A DNA stretch of 32,000 bases from Delftia acidovorans NBRC 14950 (GCF_001598795.1 NZ_BCZP01000010.1:60001-92000); one strand, 5' to 3'. Counted from the stretch's first letter, positions 7,959 through 18,261 are shown. The notes: generated by a model from the sequence alone, not told the origin. Numbers and translations: made by a program.

Positions 7959-8633
7959 TCAGGAAGCGATCTTCTCAAGGCAGTAGCCCAGGCCGCGCAC
8001 AGTGGCGATGCGGATGGGGCCGCGCTCTATCTTCTTGCGCAGGCGGTGGATATAGACCTCGATGGCGTTGTTGCTGACCTCGTCGCCCCATTCGCACAGG
8101 CGCTCGACCAACTGGTCCTTGCTGACCAGCCGGCCCGCACGCTGCAGCAGCACTTCCAGCAGGCCCAGCTCGCGCGCCGACAGCTCGACCATCTTGCCGT
8201 CTATGGTGGCCACGCGGCCGGCCTGGTCGTAGACCAGGGGGCCATGCTTGATGGTGCTGCTGGCGCCACCCATGCCGCGCCGCGTGAGCGCGCGCACACG
8301 CGCCTCCAGCTCGGACAGCGCAAACGGCTTGGCCATGTAGTCGTCGGCGCCGTAGTCCAGCCCCTGCACGCGCTCTTCCACGCTGTCGGCCGCCGTGAGG
8401 ATCAGCACCGGCAGCGCATCGCCCCGGCCGCGCAGCTTCTTGAGCACTTCGAGCCCATGCATCTTGGGCAGACCCAGGTCCAGGATGAGCAGGTCGAATT
8501 CGCTGCTGGTCATCAGCGCGGTATCGGCCTCGCTGCCGTTGGCCACATGACTGACCACGGCGCCCGAGCCGCGCAGGCTGCGCAGCAGACCATCGGCCAG
8601 GACCTGGTCGTCTTCGGCAATCAGAATGCGCAT
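7959..8633 (-). CDS. OmpR-family response regulator, TctD-like
   Basis: 224 aa. Receiver domain (MRILIAEDD, LLILDLGLP, MAKPF) plus a winged-helix output (IEVYIHRLRKKI...TVRGLGY). Confidence 0.9.
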   Translation of the reverse strand: MRILIAEDDQVLADGLLRSLRGSGAVVSHVANGSEADTALMTSSEFDLLILDLGLPKMHGLEVLKKLRGRGDALPVLILTAADSVEERVQGLDYGADDYMAKPFALSELEARVRALTRRGMGGASSTIKHGPLVYDQAGRVATIDGKMVELSARELGLLEVLLQRAGRLVSKDQLVERLCEWGDEVSNNAIEVYIHRLRKKIERGPIRIATVRGLGYCLEKIAS

Positions 8634-8732
8634 GGGGTTGTCTCCTGAAATACAGACGCGCTCTGGATGTTGGAAATGCGCGCCGTTGATTCCTAGGATT
8701 CTAGGATGCGCCCCGCCCCACGGGCAGGGACC

Positions 8733-9233
8733 TTACCCGAGTGAGCCGCCGCCCGCATAGGCCTCCAGCCCCAGCGCCACCACGGTGGCGATGTCGTCGC
8801 CGACTTCCTCGCGGAACTCGGCCTCGGCCTGGGACACGGCGTCATGGAAGGCCTGCAGCCATGCCAGGCCCGCTGGCGTGAAGCGGATGCGGCGCGCGCG
8901 CGCATCGCGCTCGTCGCTCTCGCGCGTGACCAGGCCCCAGGCCTCGCACTGGGCCACCAGGTCGCCCATGGACTGCTTGGTCATGCCAGCGCGCTCGGCC
9001 AGGTCGGTGAGCCTGTCGCCAGCCAGCGACAGATGCCGCGTGATGTGGATGTGGGCCGCACCCACCTTGTCGCGCGCCGCAAGATTGGACAGCGCCAGCG
9101 GCACCTCCACATCGCGCGCCATGAGCTGCAGCACACGCGCGTCGAACCGCCGCATGGCATGGCCGAGCAGGCGGCCCAGGTGGGTCTGGCGCCAGGCGTC
9201 GGCGGGCGGCGTGACGGGGGAAAACTCACTCAT
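8733..9233 (-). CDS. MarR-family transcriptional regulator
   Basis: 166 aa. wHTH block LSLAGDRLTDLAERAGMTKQSMGDLVAQCEAWGLVTRESDERDARARRIRFTPAG. Confidence 0.8.
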   Translation of the reverse strand: MSEFSPVTPPADAWRQTHLGRLLGHAMRRFDARVLQLMARDVEVPLALSNLAARDKVGAAHIHITRHLSLAGDRLTDLAERAGMTKQSMGDLVAQCEAWGLVTRESDERDARARRIRFTPAGLAWLQAFHDAVSQAEAEFREEVGDDIATVVALGLEAYAGGGSLG

Positions 9234-9260
9234 GGATGCATTGTGGAGGCAAATCCAACA

Positions 9261-9277
9261 AGTCAGGAAAACTGACT
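9261..9277. promoter_or_regulatory. Perfect 6-5-6 palindrome AGTCAG-GAAAA-CTGACT; candidate MarR operator
   Basis: Read from the sequence. It lies 28 bp upstream of the MarR start codon (9233), in the marR/recA divergent spacer. Confidence 0.35.
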
Positions 9278-9316
9278 AAAAACACCAACAAAACAAACCA
9301 ACAAGCCCATAAACTA

Positions 9317-9349
9317 CTGTTCAAGCATCCAGCCTGAATGCAAATACAG
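9317..9349 (+). promoter_or_regulatory. Two adjacent imperfect LexA (SOS) box candidates of the CTGT-N8-ACAG type
   Basis: CTGT-TCAAGCAT-CCAG (9317-9332) and CTGA-ATGCAAAT-ACAG (9334-9349). Each has one mismatch to CTGT-N8-ACAG. They lie 30-65 nt upstream of the recA ATG. Confidence 0.4.
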
Positions 9350-9380
9350 AGCTGAAACCCCAGCCAACCCAGGAGTCCGC

Positions 9381-10484
9381 ATGAACACCGCCGTCACCAC
9401 CGCCAACAGTGAAAAAGCCAAGGCCCTGCAGGCCGCACTCGCCCAGATCGAAAAGCAGTTCGGCAAGGGCACGATCATGCGCCTGGGTGAAGGCGAAGCC
9501 ATCCAGGACATCCAAGTCGTCTCCACCGGCTCGCTGGGCCTGGACATCGCCCTGGGCGTTGGCGGCCTGCCCCGTGGCCGCGTGATCGAGATCTACGGCC
9601 CTGAATCCTCGGGCAAGACCACGCTGACGCTGCAGGTCATCGCCGAAATGCAAAAGCAGGGCGGCACCTGCGCCTTCATCGACGCCGAGCACGCACTGGA
9701 CACCAGCTACGCCCAGAAGCTGGGCGTGAACCTCAACGAAGTGCTGATCAGCCAGCCCGATACCGGCGAGCAGGCCCTGGAAATCGTGGACAGCCTGGTG
9801 CGCTCGGGTGCCGTGGACATGATCGTCGTGGACTCGGTGGCCGCCCTCACACCCCGGGCCGAAATCGAAGGCGAGATGGGCGACCAGTTGCCCGGCCTGC
9901 AGGCCCGCCTGATGAGCCAGGCGCTGCGCAAGCTGACAGCCACCATCAAGAAGACCAACTGCATGGTCATCTTCATCAACCAGATCCGCATGAAGATCGG
10001 CGTGATGTTCGGCAGCCCCGAAACCACCACGGGCGGCAATGCGTTGAAGTTCTACGCCTCGGTCCGCCTGGACATCCGCCGCACCGGCACCATCAAGAAG
10101 GGCGACGAGGCCATCGGCAACGAGACCAAGGTCAAGGTCGTCAAGAACAAGGTCTCGCCTCCGTTCAAGACCGCCGAGTTCGACATCCTCTTCGGCGAGG
10201 GCATCTCGCGCGAAGGTGAAATCCTGGACATGGGCGTCAACGCCAAGATCCTCGACAAGTCGGGCGCCTGGTATGCCTACAACGGCGAGAAGATCGGCCA
10301 GGGCCGCGACAACGCCCGCGAATTCCTGCGCGAGAACAGTGGCCTGGCCGTGGAGATCGAGAACAAGGTGCGCGACAGCCTGGGCATTGCCCTGCTGCCC
10401 ACGGCCGGTGGCGATGCCCCCGAAGCCAAGGCCGCCAAGGCGGGCAAGGCCAAGGCCGACAAGGACGGCGTGATCGAAGCCTGA
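9381..10484 (+). CDS. recA: Recombinase RecA
   Basis: 367 aa with an unmistakable RecA sequence: Walker [10 protein letters not shown], and [55 protein letters not shown]. Confidence 0.98.
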   Translation: MNTAVTTANSEKAKALQAALAQIEKQFGKGTIMRLGEGEAIQDIQVVSTGSLGLDIALGVGGLPRGRVIEIYGPESSGKTTLTLQVIAEMQKQGGTCAFIDAEHALDTSYAQKLGVNLNEVLISQPDTGEQALEIVDSLVRSGAVDMIVVDSVAALTPRAEIEGEMGDQLPGLQARLMSQALRKLTATIKKTNCMVIFINQIRMKIGVMFGSPETTTGGNALKFYASVRLDIRRTGTIKKGDEAIGNETKVKVVKNKVSPPFKTAEFDILFGEGISREGEILDMGVNAKILDKSGAWYAYNGEKIGQGRDNAREFLRENSGLAVEIENKVRDSLGIALLPTAGGDAPEAKAAKAGKAKADKDGVIEA

Positions 10485-10543
10485 GCGGCCTGACCCCTCA
10501 CTGCAGGCGCTGCCGCGCCTGCACACACTGTGTTTGCCATCTT

Positions 10544-10573
10544 GGCGCAGGCTCACGTCTGCGCCTTTTTTAT
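10544..10573 (+). terminator. Intrinsic terminator/attenuator between recA and recX
   Basis: Stem GGCGCAG (10544-10550) / CTGCGCC (10559-10565), followed by TTTTTTATT. A second perfect 8-bp GC hairpin, GCAGGCGC-TGCC-GCGCCTGC, sits at 10503-10522. Confidence 0.7.
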
Positions 10574-10600
10574 TCGGGACGATTCAGGAGACATTGCCGC

Positions 10601-11077
10601 ATGGGATTCGCCAAGCTGTCGCTCAAGGGCCGGGCGCTCAAGCTGCTGGGCCAGCGCGAACATTCACGGCTGGAGCTGGAACGCAAGCTCGCCCCCCATG
10701 TGGAGGAAGGCGAAGACCTGGGCGCCATGCTCGACGCGCTGGAGCAGCGCGGCTTCATCAGTGCCCAGCGCGTGGCCGAGTCCGTGCTGCACCGCAAGGC
10801 CGCGCGCTTTGGCACGGCACGCGTGGTGCAGGAGTTGCGCAACAAGGGACTGGACGACGGACTGGTGCGCGCCGCCGCAGAGCAACTGCGCGCCACCGAA
10901 CTGCAGCGCGCCCTTGCCGTATGGCGCCAGCGCTTCGGCGCACCACCGGCCACACCGCAGGAACGGCTCAAGCAGATGCGCTTTCTGGCTGCGCGCGGTT
11001 TTGGTGGAGAAATTGCGAGCAAGGTGCTGCGGGGGCGCAGCGAAGACTGGGACGCGGGAGCAGAGGACGTAGGCTAG
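10601..11077 (+). CDS. recX: RecA regulator RecX
   Basis: 158 aa directly downstream of recA, with the typical RecX helical repeats (LKGRALKLLGQREHSRLELERKL...QRVAESVLHRKAARFG...RVVQELRNKGL). Confidence 0.9.
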   Translation: MGFAKLSLKGRALKLLGQREHSRLELERKLAPHVEEGEDLGAMLDALEQRGFISAQRVAESVLHRKAARFGTARVVQELRNKGLDDGLVRAAAEQLRATELQRALAVWRQRFGAPPATPQERLKQMRFLAARGFGGEIASKVLRGRSEDWDAGAEDVG

Positions 11078-11994
11078 TCTGCGCGCCGGGTAGCACCCCA
11101 GCACACCAGCGACCCCACGGTCACCAGCACCACGCCCTGCCAGAATCCCCAGCCCGGCTGCACCTGCAGCCAGGCACTGGCCAGCAGCGCCGAGAACACA
11201 GGCGTGAAGTACGAGGCTGCAGCCATCACGGCCAGATGCCCGTGCTGTATGCCGTGCTCCCAGCAGCTGTAGCCCAGGGCGGTGAGCCCGCCCACGGCCA
11301 GCAATTGCAGCACCACGGTGCCCGACCATTGCATGCCGCCTTCACCGCCCAGCCACAGCCATTTGATCCACAACGCCAGCGCAGTCCATATCAGGAAAAG
11401 GCCCACGGCATTGTGGCCACCGCCCCAGCGCCGCGCAGCCAGCGAATAGCAGGGCCACAGCAGGGCCGCGCCAAAAGCGAGTCCATACGCCAGCGGGTTG
11501 GACAGCATGTGGTCCGCCATGCCTCGCAGTTGCAGGGGATCACCGCCCAGTACTCGCGTCAGCCCCCACAGGCACAGCAGCACGCCGGGCCACAGCCACC
11601 AGCGCGCATGCTGCTGGCGCAGCAGCACGGCCAAAACGATGGTCAGGCTGGGCCACAGGTAATTGATCAGCCCCAGCTCCAGCGCCTGGGCGCGGTCCTG
11701 CGCCAGGCCAATCGCCAGCGACAGGCAGATCTCGTAGACCGCAAACAGCAGGCCGCAGCCCCAGAAGTAGGCCGGATGCATGGCCCGCCACTGCGAGGGC
11801 CTGGGCAGGCCGCGCACGGCGGCCACGCACAGTGCGCTGACCGTGTAGAGCATGGCGGCGCCGCCCACGGCGCCCAGCGGCTCGGCCACCGAGCGCATCA
11901 GGCCCACGGTGCAGCTCCAGCACACCACGGCCAGCAGTCCGATGGCGGTGGCCCGGCCAGCGGCCACGGGCGAGTTGTTCTGCAGGGAAGACAC
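11074..11994 (-). CDS. EamA/DMT-superfamily transporter (YddG-like exporter)
   Basis: About 10 hydrophobic segments in two repeats, Trp/Gly-rich as is typical of EamA. The track ORF extends to 12126, but that N-terminus is Arg/Ser/Thr-rich and overlaps the upstream gene. I chose the in-frame GTG at 11994, 22 nt after the upstream stop. The start is uncertain. Confidence 0.7.
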   Translation of the reverse strand: MSSLQNNSPVAAGRATAIGLLAVVCWSCTVGLMRSVAEPLGAVGGAAMLYTVSALCVAAVRGLPRPSQWRAMHPAYFWGCGLLFAVYEICLSLAIGLAQDRAQALELGLINYLWPSLTIVLAVLLRQQHARWWLWPGVLLCLWGLTRVLGGDPLQLRGMADHMLSNPLAYGLAFGAALLWPCYSLAARRWGGGHNAVGLFLIWTALALWIKWLWLGGEGGMQWSGTVVLQLLAVGGLTALGYSCWEHGIQHGHLAVMAAASYFTPVFSALLASAWLQVQPGWGFWQGVVLVTVGSLVCWGATRRAD

Positions 11995-12016
11995 GTCGAT
12001 GGCTGCGCGCGGCAGA

Positions 12017-13903
12017 TCAGTGCGGCTGCAGCAGCTGGCGCAGCGAGTGGTACAGCGCATCCGAGCCATGCGCGGTGTTGTCCGCATCGAACGAGAACTC
12101 GTTGCTGGACTGCGTTCCCGTCGCATCCTCGGGCCGGGCTTCCATGAAGAAGGACAGGAAGCGCGCGCCCTGACGGCGGTGCATGGTCAGCACTTTCTCC
12201 AGCCGCTGCGGCGACAGGGCCACCAGCGGATGGAACTCCGTCACGCCATAGGCCGTGTGGCCATAGCGGCGCAGCATCTGGCCGACCAGCGGGCCGTAGG
12301 CATCTTCGCCGTACAGGCTGACACCCAGGGACAGCCCCGGCATGCGCTGCAGGCTGCGCTCCACGGCGTAGCGGTTGGCATCCCAGCTCGGATTCGCATG
12401 GGGGTTGAGCTGGTGGGCAAAGCGAGGAACCCGGCCCAGGCAGCCGTGGCCGATGTGCTCGGAAAAGCCCTGGATGTAGTCGGCCACCTGCTGCTCGCGG
12501 AAATCGTTCCAGTCCGTGACCAGCGGGTTGTAGAACAGCGCCAGCCGGTCCTGCGGGCTGTCCACCCAGAATTCCACGCCGTCCGGCAGCTTGCCGAAGT
12601 CGGGCAAGGCCTCGGCGGCATGGGGCCTGGGCTCGCCCTGGTTGCGGTCCATCACGGCGATCTGGCGCGTGGCCAGCAGGCCCAGGCTGCGTCCACCGGC
12701 CTGCAGTACCACATCGATGCGGTGCAGGCCCTCGCCCAGCGCCGGATAGCGGATGTCGGCACGCCAGCCCACATCGGGCGTGAGGAACCCGGGCTTGGCC
12801 TGTGCCACGTCCTGGCGGTGCATGTGCACGGGGGCGTGCGAGTAAGGATGCCCGTCCACGAAGACGGCCACGGCCAGCTGCTTTTGCAGCTTCGCATCGG
12901 GCGAGTGGACCCAGCCGGACACGGGCACGGTGCCGGCTGCATAGCTGTCGATGTGCTGGAAGAAGTTCTGCAGCGGCTCGCTGCGGATGTTGCGCGACGG
13001 CGGCTCGACCGCGTCGAAGCTGTCAAAGCCGGACTTCAGATGGGCATTGAGCCGCGCGATGTCGCCATAGCGCTGGCGCAGGAATGCATGGAAGCCCGCC
13101 ACGGAGGCCGGGCTGTAGTCGGTGACCGCATAGCCTTCGGCCGCGAACCCCATGCCGGCCTCGAACCCCGGAAACAGCTGGTGCGTCTCGCCCAGCACGG
13201 TGAGGGCGCGCAGCTGGTGCATGGCGGCATCGCCTGCGGCGCACATGCGCTCGGCCAGGGCATCGACGACCAGTTTGCGCACGCGCGTGACTTCGTTGTC
13301 CTGCCGCGCGACCGACCACGGGAAGATGCGCGCGCCCAGATAGCTGTCCAGCGGCAGCGGCCCCTTGGGTGTCCACGCAAGATTGGCGGGATCGGCGGCC
13401 AAGCGCTCCTCGGCCTTGGAGTGCACCTCGAAATGCGTGGCGAACAGATACAGCACCACGGGCCGGTGCGCCTGCGCCACCGTGCGCACCACGCGGTCCA
13501 GCGCCTCGCCCCGGACTTCCCAGGCCTGGCCATTCCACTGCACATAGCGCAGCAGCGGCACGCTGAGCGTATAGCCCAGGTCCAGTTCACCCTGGGGCCG
13601 GCCCAGGCGCTGCAGCGTGGCTTTCACCATTTCTGCGGCCGAGCCCTGCGGACCCAGGCAACTGGCGGGTATCTGCTGAAATTCCTTGGGAAAATCCTCG
13701 CGCAGCCCGTCCTGCACCAGACAGGCCTCCATATTGCCCAGCAGCGGACTGAGCAGCAGGCGCGATGAAGACGGCAATGCCGGCCGCATCTTCCAGGCAA
13801 ACACAACGACCAGCAGGCACAGCACGGCCAGGGCCAGGACATGGCCCCAGACCGGACTGCGCCGGCCGGGCAGGGACGCGGACGGTGGCGTGGCCGGGCT
13901 CAC
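12017..13903 (-). CDS. Membrane-anchored hypothetical protein; glycoside-hydrolase-like (GH42-type block) with an inserted beta-sandwich-like segment
   Basis: 628 aa. N-terminal TM segment ([20 protein letters not shown]). The block [28 protein letters not shown] resembles the GH42 beta-galactosidase motif. The segment VSGWVHS...AVFVDGHPY...HRQDV...GW...GLHRIDVVL resembles a carbohydrate-enzyme accessory domain. The GTG start overlaps the argC stop (GTGA at 13900-13903). Confidence 0.7.
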   Translation of the reverse strand: MSPATPPSASLPGRRSPVWGHVLALAVLCLLVVVFAWKMRPALPSSSRLLLSPLLGNMEACLVQDGLREDFPKEFQQIPASCLGPQGSAAEMVKATLQRLGRPQGELDLGYTLSVPLLRYVQWNGQAWEVRGEALDRVVRTVAQAHRPVVLYLFATHFEVHSKAEERLAADPANLAWTPKGPLPLDSYLGARIFPWSVARQDNEVTRVRKLVVDALAERMCAAGDAAMHQLRALTVLGETHQLFPGFEAGMGFAAEGYAVTDYSPASVAGFHAFLRQRYGDIARLNAHLKSGFDSFDAVEPPSRNIRSEPLQNFFQHIDSYAAGTVPVSGWVHSPDAKLQKQLAVAVFVDGHPYSHAPVHMHRQDVAQAKPGFLTPDVGWRADIRYPALGEGLHRIDVVLQAGGRSLGLLATRQIAVMDRNQGEPRPHAAEALPDFGKLPDGVEFWVDSPQDRLALFYNPLVTDWNDFREQQVADYIQGFSEHIGHGCLGRVPRFAHQLNPHANPSWDANRYAVERSLQRMPGLSLGVSLYGEDAYGPLVGQMLRRYGHTAYGVTEFHPLVALSPQRLEKVLTMHRRQGARFLSFFMEARPEDATGTQSSNEFSFDADNTAHGSDALYHSLRQLLQPH

Positions 13904-14832
13904 AGGCCCAGCATGATCTGCAGGTTCTGCACGGCGGCGCCGCTGGCGCCCTTGCCCAGGTTGTCCAAACGGGCGATCAGCACGGCCTGGCGGTACTGCT
14001 CATTGGCGAACACGCGCAGCTCCAGCTTGTTGGTGTCCGTCAGCGTGTCGGCGGCCAGCTTCATGTCCTCGGTCGGCGGCAGCACCGACACCCATTGCTC
14101 CGGCGTGTTGGTGGCCGCGTAGTGGGAGGCCAGCGCATCGTGCAGGTCGGCCGCCTTGGGCGCGCCCGGCAGCAGGTCCAGATGCAGCGGCAGCTGCACC
14201 AGCATGCCCTGGCGGAAATTGCCCACGGCGGGAATGAACACCGGGCGGCGCGTCAGGCCGGTGTATTGCAGGATCTCGGGAATGTGCTTGTGCGTCAGGC
14301 CCAGCGCGTAGGCCTCGTAAGGCGCGGCCGTGCCGGCCTCATAGGCTTCGATCATGCTGCGGCCGCCGCCCGAATAGCCGGACACCGAGGGCAGGCTCAG
14401 GCCATGGTCGGCGGGGATGAGGCCCGCGGCAACCAGCGGGTGCAGCAGCGCGATGGCTCCCGTCGCATAGCAGCCGGGGTTGGACACGCGCTTGGCAGTC
14501 TTGACCGCCTCAAGCTGGCCGGCACGCAGCTCCGGAAAGCCATACACCCAGTCGGGCGCCACACGGTGGGCCGTGGATGCATCGATGATCTTGATGGTGC
14601 GGCCGGTCTCGGCCTCGATGGAATCGACCATGGCCACGGTCTCGCGCGCGGCATCGTCATGCAGGCACAGGATGACCAAGTCCACGCCGGCGATCAGCGC
14701 ACGCTTGGCGGCAGGATCCTTTCGCAGCTCGGGGGCAATGCTGACCAGCTCCACGCCGGACAGATCGACCAGACGCTCACGGATCTGCAGCCCTGTCGTG
14801 CCTGCTTCGCCATCGATAAAGACTTTTGCCAT
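13900..14832 (-). CDS. argC: N-acetyl-gamma-glutamyl-phosphate reductase (short, type-2 form)
   Basis: [21 protein letters not shown]... with the catalytic motif [11 protein letters not shown]. The ATG at 14832 is preceded by AGGAGA. The longer track ORF (to 14964) adds only a low-complexity extension. Confidence 0.9.
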   Translation of the reverse strand: MAKVFIDGEAGTTGLQIRERLVDLSGVELVSIAPELRKDPAAKRALIAGVDLVILCLHDDAARETVAMVDSIEAETGRTIKIIDASTAHRVAPDWVYGFPELRAGQLEAVKTAKRVSNPGCYATGAIALLHPLVAAGLIPADHGLSLPSVSGYSGGGRSMIEAYEAGTAAPYEAYALGLTHKHIPEILQYTGLTRRPVFIPAVGNFRQGMLVQLPLHLDLLPGAPKAADLHDALASHYAATNTPEQWVSVLPPTEDMKLAADTLTDTNKLELRVFANEQYRQAVLIARLDNLGKGASGAAVQNLQIMLGL

Positions 14833-15268
14833 CGCTGTATTTCTCCTGCTGCGCGGCCCTCCTGGAGCCGCTGCGGCACCATTGCCGCGTTCCAGCTGCG
14901 GATTCTCACCGAAACCGGGTCCCCCTGCGCCCGTTGTCGCAAAACGGTTGGCAGTGGCGATCAAGGGCGCGCTGACATGCGCCTGTTACAAACGGCGGGC
15001 AGCGCCGTCTGCAGATCCTCTATAAGACAAAAGAGCTGTGGTGCCTGAAAGAAATGTCGGGAAACCGTCTTTTCCCTGACATATCAATGCATTGCACAGT
15101 TCCTGGCATGCTGCTTGGCCCGCAGGAAATTGTGGATTCTGCGCATGGGGGCGTGTCGGATGGCGCAGTGCAGCATGGTACATTCGGCGATTGCCAGGTC
15201 ACTCCGCCTTGAGGCAGCACCCCAGGGCTACCGGGTCAATCCCCCCCTATTTGTTTGAGAGAGACATC

Positions 15269-16429
<1,161 letters not shown>

Positions 16430-16449
16430 GCAGGCCCGGAGAAAACACC

Positions 16450-17343
16450 ATGTCGATCTACATCAACAAAGACACCAAGGTCATCACCCAAGGCATCACG
16501 GGCAAGACGGGCCAGTTCCACACTGAAAAGTGCATTGAATACGCGAACGGCAAGAACTGCTTCGTGGCCGGTGTGAACCCCAAGAAGGCCGGCGAAAAGA
16601 TCTTCGACGTGCCAATCTACGCCTCCGTCAAGGAAGCCGCGCAAGGCACGGGCGCCACGGTCTCCGTGATCTACGTTCCCCCCGCAGGCGCTGCCGCCGC
16701 GATCTGGGAAGCCGTGGAAGCAGACCTGGACCTGGCCATCTGCATCACCGAAGGCATCCCCGTCCGTGACATGCTGGAAGTGCGCAACAAGATGCGCGCC
16801 AAGGAAGCCGCAGGCGGCAAGCGCACCCTGCTGCTGGGCCCCAACTGCCCCGGCCTGATCACGCCCGACGAGATCAAGATCGGCATCATGCCCGGCCACA
16901 TCCACAAGAAGGGCCGCATCGGCGTGGTCAGCCGCTCCGGCACGCTGACCTATGAAGCCGTGGCACAGCTGACCGAACTGGGCATTGGCCAGTCGTCGGC
17001 CGTGGGCATCGGCGGTGACCCGATCAACGGTCTCAAGCACATCGACGTGATGAAGGCCTTCAACGACGATCCCGACACCGACGCCGTCATCATGATCGGC
17101 GAAATCGGCGGTCCCGACGAAGCCGAAGCTGCCCGCTGGTGCAAGGACAACATGAAGAAGCCGATCGTCGGCTTCATCGCTGGTGTCACCGCCCCTCCCG
17201 GCAAGCGCATGGGCCACGCCGGCGCGCTGATCTCCGGCGGTGCCGACACGGCCGACGCCAAGCTGGCCATCATGGAAGAGTGCGGTTTCGTCATCACCCG
17301 CAATCCTTCCGAAATGGGTCGCCTGCTCAAGGGCCTGATCTAA
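16450..17343 (+). CDS. sucD: Succinyl-CoA synthetase alpha subunit
   Basis: [24 protein letters not shown]... with SRSGTLTYE and the phosphohistidine loop [10 protein letters not shown]. Starts 21 nt after sucC. Confidence 0.97.
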   Translation: MSIYINKDTKVITQGITGKTGQFHTEKCIEYANGKNCFVAGVNPKKAGEKIFDVPIYASVKEAAQGTGATVSVIYVPPAGAAAAIWEAVEADLDLAICITEGIPVRDMLEVRNKMRAKEAAGGKRTLLLGPNCPGLITPDEIKIGIMPGHIHKKGRIGVVSRSGTLTYEAVAQLTELGIGQSSAVGIGGDPINGLKHIDVMKAFNDDPDTDAVIMIGEIGGPDEAEAARWCKDNMKKPIVGFIAGVTAPPGKRMGHAGALISGGADTADAKLAIMEECGFVITRNPSEMGRLLKGLI

Positions 17344-17456
17344 GCGACACCGGTTCTGCGTGACATCCTGGGGTTCGCCCCAGGAAAAAATTACGCAGAA
17401 TTACGAATCGGTAAGGCGGCAAGTCCGCCCTACACTGACGACTCCAAAAAAGAAAA

Positions 17457-17487
17457 AGCGCCAGAGGCCACCGCCCTGGCGCTTTTC
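17457..17487 (+). terminator. Intrinsic terminator after sucD (short T-run)
   Basis: Stem AGCGCCAG (17457-17464) / CTGGCGCT (17476-17483), then TTTC. An A-rich run precedes it. Confidence 0.55.
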
Positions 17488-17509
17488 AACTCATAACAGT
17501 GGAGAAACC

Positions 17510-18202
17510 ATGGAATACCTGCAAAGCGCCGATTTCTGGATCGGCCTGTTGAAGATCGTCTGGATCAACATCATTCTGTCTGGCGACAACGCCGTCGTCA
17601 TCGCCCTCGCAGCACGCTCGCTGCCCCCCGCACAGCAAAAGAAAGCCGTCATGTTCGGCTCCGGCGCCGCCGTGGTGCTGCGGATCATCCTGACCGTGGT
17701 CGCGGCCAAGCTGCTGGAGCTGTCCTTCCTGCAGATCGTGGGCGGCTGCCTGCTGCTGTGGATCGGCCTGCAACTGCTGACCGGCGAAGAAGATGATGAA
17801 GGCGAATCCAAGGGACACGGCAGCATGATGGTCGCCATCCGCACCATCCTGATCGCCGACCTGGTGATGAGCCTGGACAACGTGATTGCCGTGGCCGCCA
17901 CGGCGCAAGGCAACATGGTCCTGCTGATCCTGGGCTTGGCCATCAGCATCCCGCTGGTGATCTTCGGCTCCACGCTGATGATCAAGCTCATGGAGCGCTT
18001 CCCCGTCATCATCACGCTGGGCGCTGCCCTGATCGGCTGGGTCGGCGGAGAAACCATCGTCAACGACCGCCTGCTGCACGACTACGCCATCAGCCACCCC
18101 TGGCTGCACTACGTGGCGGCTGCCGCCGGTGCCGTGCTGGTCGTCGGCATTGGCAAGCTCCTGCAGTCACGCTCCGGCGCCAAGCACGCGGCACAGGCCT
18201 GA
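17510..18202 (+). CDS. TerC-family (YjbE-like) integral membrane protein
   Basis: 230 aa from the ATG at 17510 (SD GGAGAA). Shows the duplicated TerC signature SGDNAVVIAL / SLDNVIAVA and is multi-pass hydrophobic. Confidence 0.85.
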   Translation: MEYLQSADFWIGLLKIVWINIILSGDNAVVIALAARSLPPAQQKKAVMFGSGAAVVLRIILTVVAAKLLELSFLQIVGGCLLLWIGLQLLTGEEDDEGESKGHGSMMVAIRTILIADLVMSLDNVIAVAATAQGNMVLLILGLAISIPLVIFGSTLMIKLMERFPVIITLGAALIGWVGGETIVNDRLLHDYAISHPWLHYVAAAAGAVLVVGIGKLLQSRSGAKHAAQA

Positions 18203-18236
18203 TACCGCCGCAGGCGGCTCCTCGCCACCTCCACAA

Positions 18237-18261
18237 CGCACTGCCTCGGCAGTGCGTTTTT
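18237..18261 (+). terminator. Intrinsic terminator after the TerC-family gene
   Basis: CGCACTGCC (18237-18245) / GGCAGTGCG (18248-18256), followed by TTTTT. Confidence 0.7.

Noticed and set aside
4317-8633. A complete tctCBA tricarboxylate transporter with its tctDE regulators
   Set aside because: Only a solo Bug/TctC-like receptor is present, with no TctA or TctB membrane subunits in the window. The receptor is also separated from the two-component genes by a LysR gene, so a functional link is not supported.
6696-8648. 650-aa plus-strand ORF
   Set aside because: It is antisense to both the histidine kinase and response regulator genes. It is Ser/Arg/Ala-rich with no domain signatures.
9321-10556. 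411-aa minus-strand ORF
   Set aside because: It is antisense to recA; a shadow ORF.
10534-13768. 537-aa (10534..12147) and 638-aa (11852..13768) plus-strand ORFs
   Set aside because: They are antisense or out of frame relative to recX, the DMT gene and the 628-aa gene. Their Arg/Gln/Gly/His/Ala-rich composition is that of shadow ORFs.
15103-15118. Sigma54-like sequence TGGCATGCTGCTTGGC upstream of sucC
   Set aside because: The -12 element reads TTGG rather than TTGC, so the critical GC is missing. There is also no reason to expect RpoN control of sucCD.
15092-15268. N-terminal extensions of track ORFs for sucC (15092), sucD (16240), TerC (17360), pilA (20229), FHA (19453) and argC (to 14964)
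   Set aside because: Internal starts give canonical N-termini ([55 protein letters not shown]) and are preceded by Shine-Dalgarno-like sequences. The extensions are spacer-derived.
17344-17509. yybP-ykoY (Mn2+) riboswitch upstream of the TerC-family gene
   Set aside because: I looked for the conserved four-way-junction sequence blocks and could not recognise them. Only generic hairpins are present. The region is reported as a low-interest finding instead.
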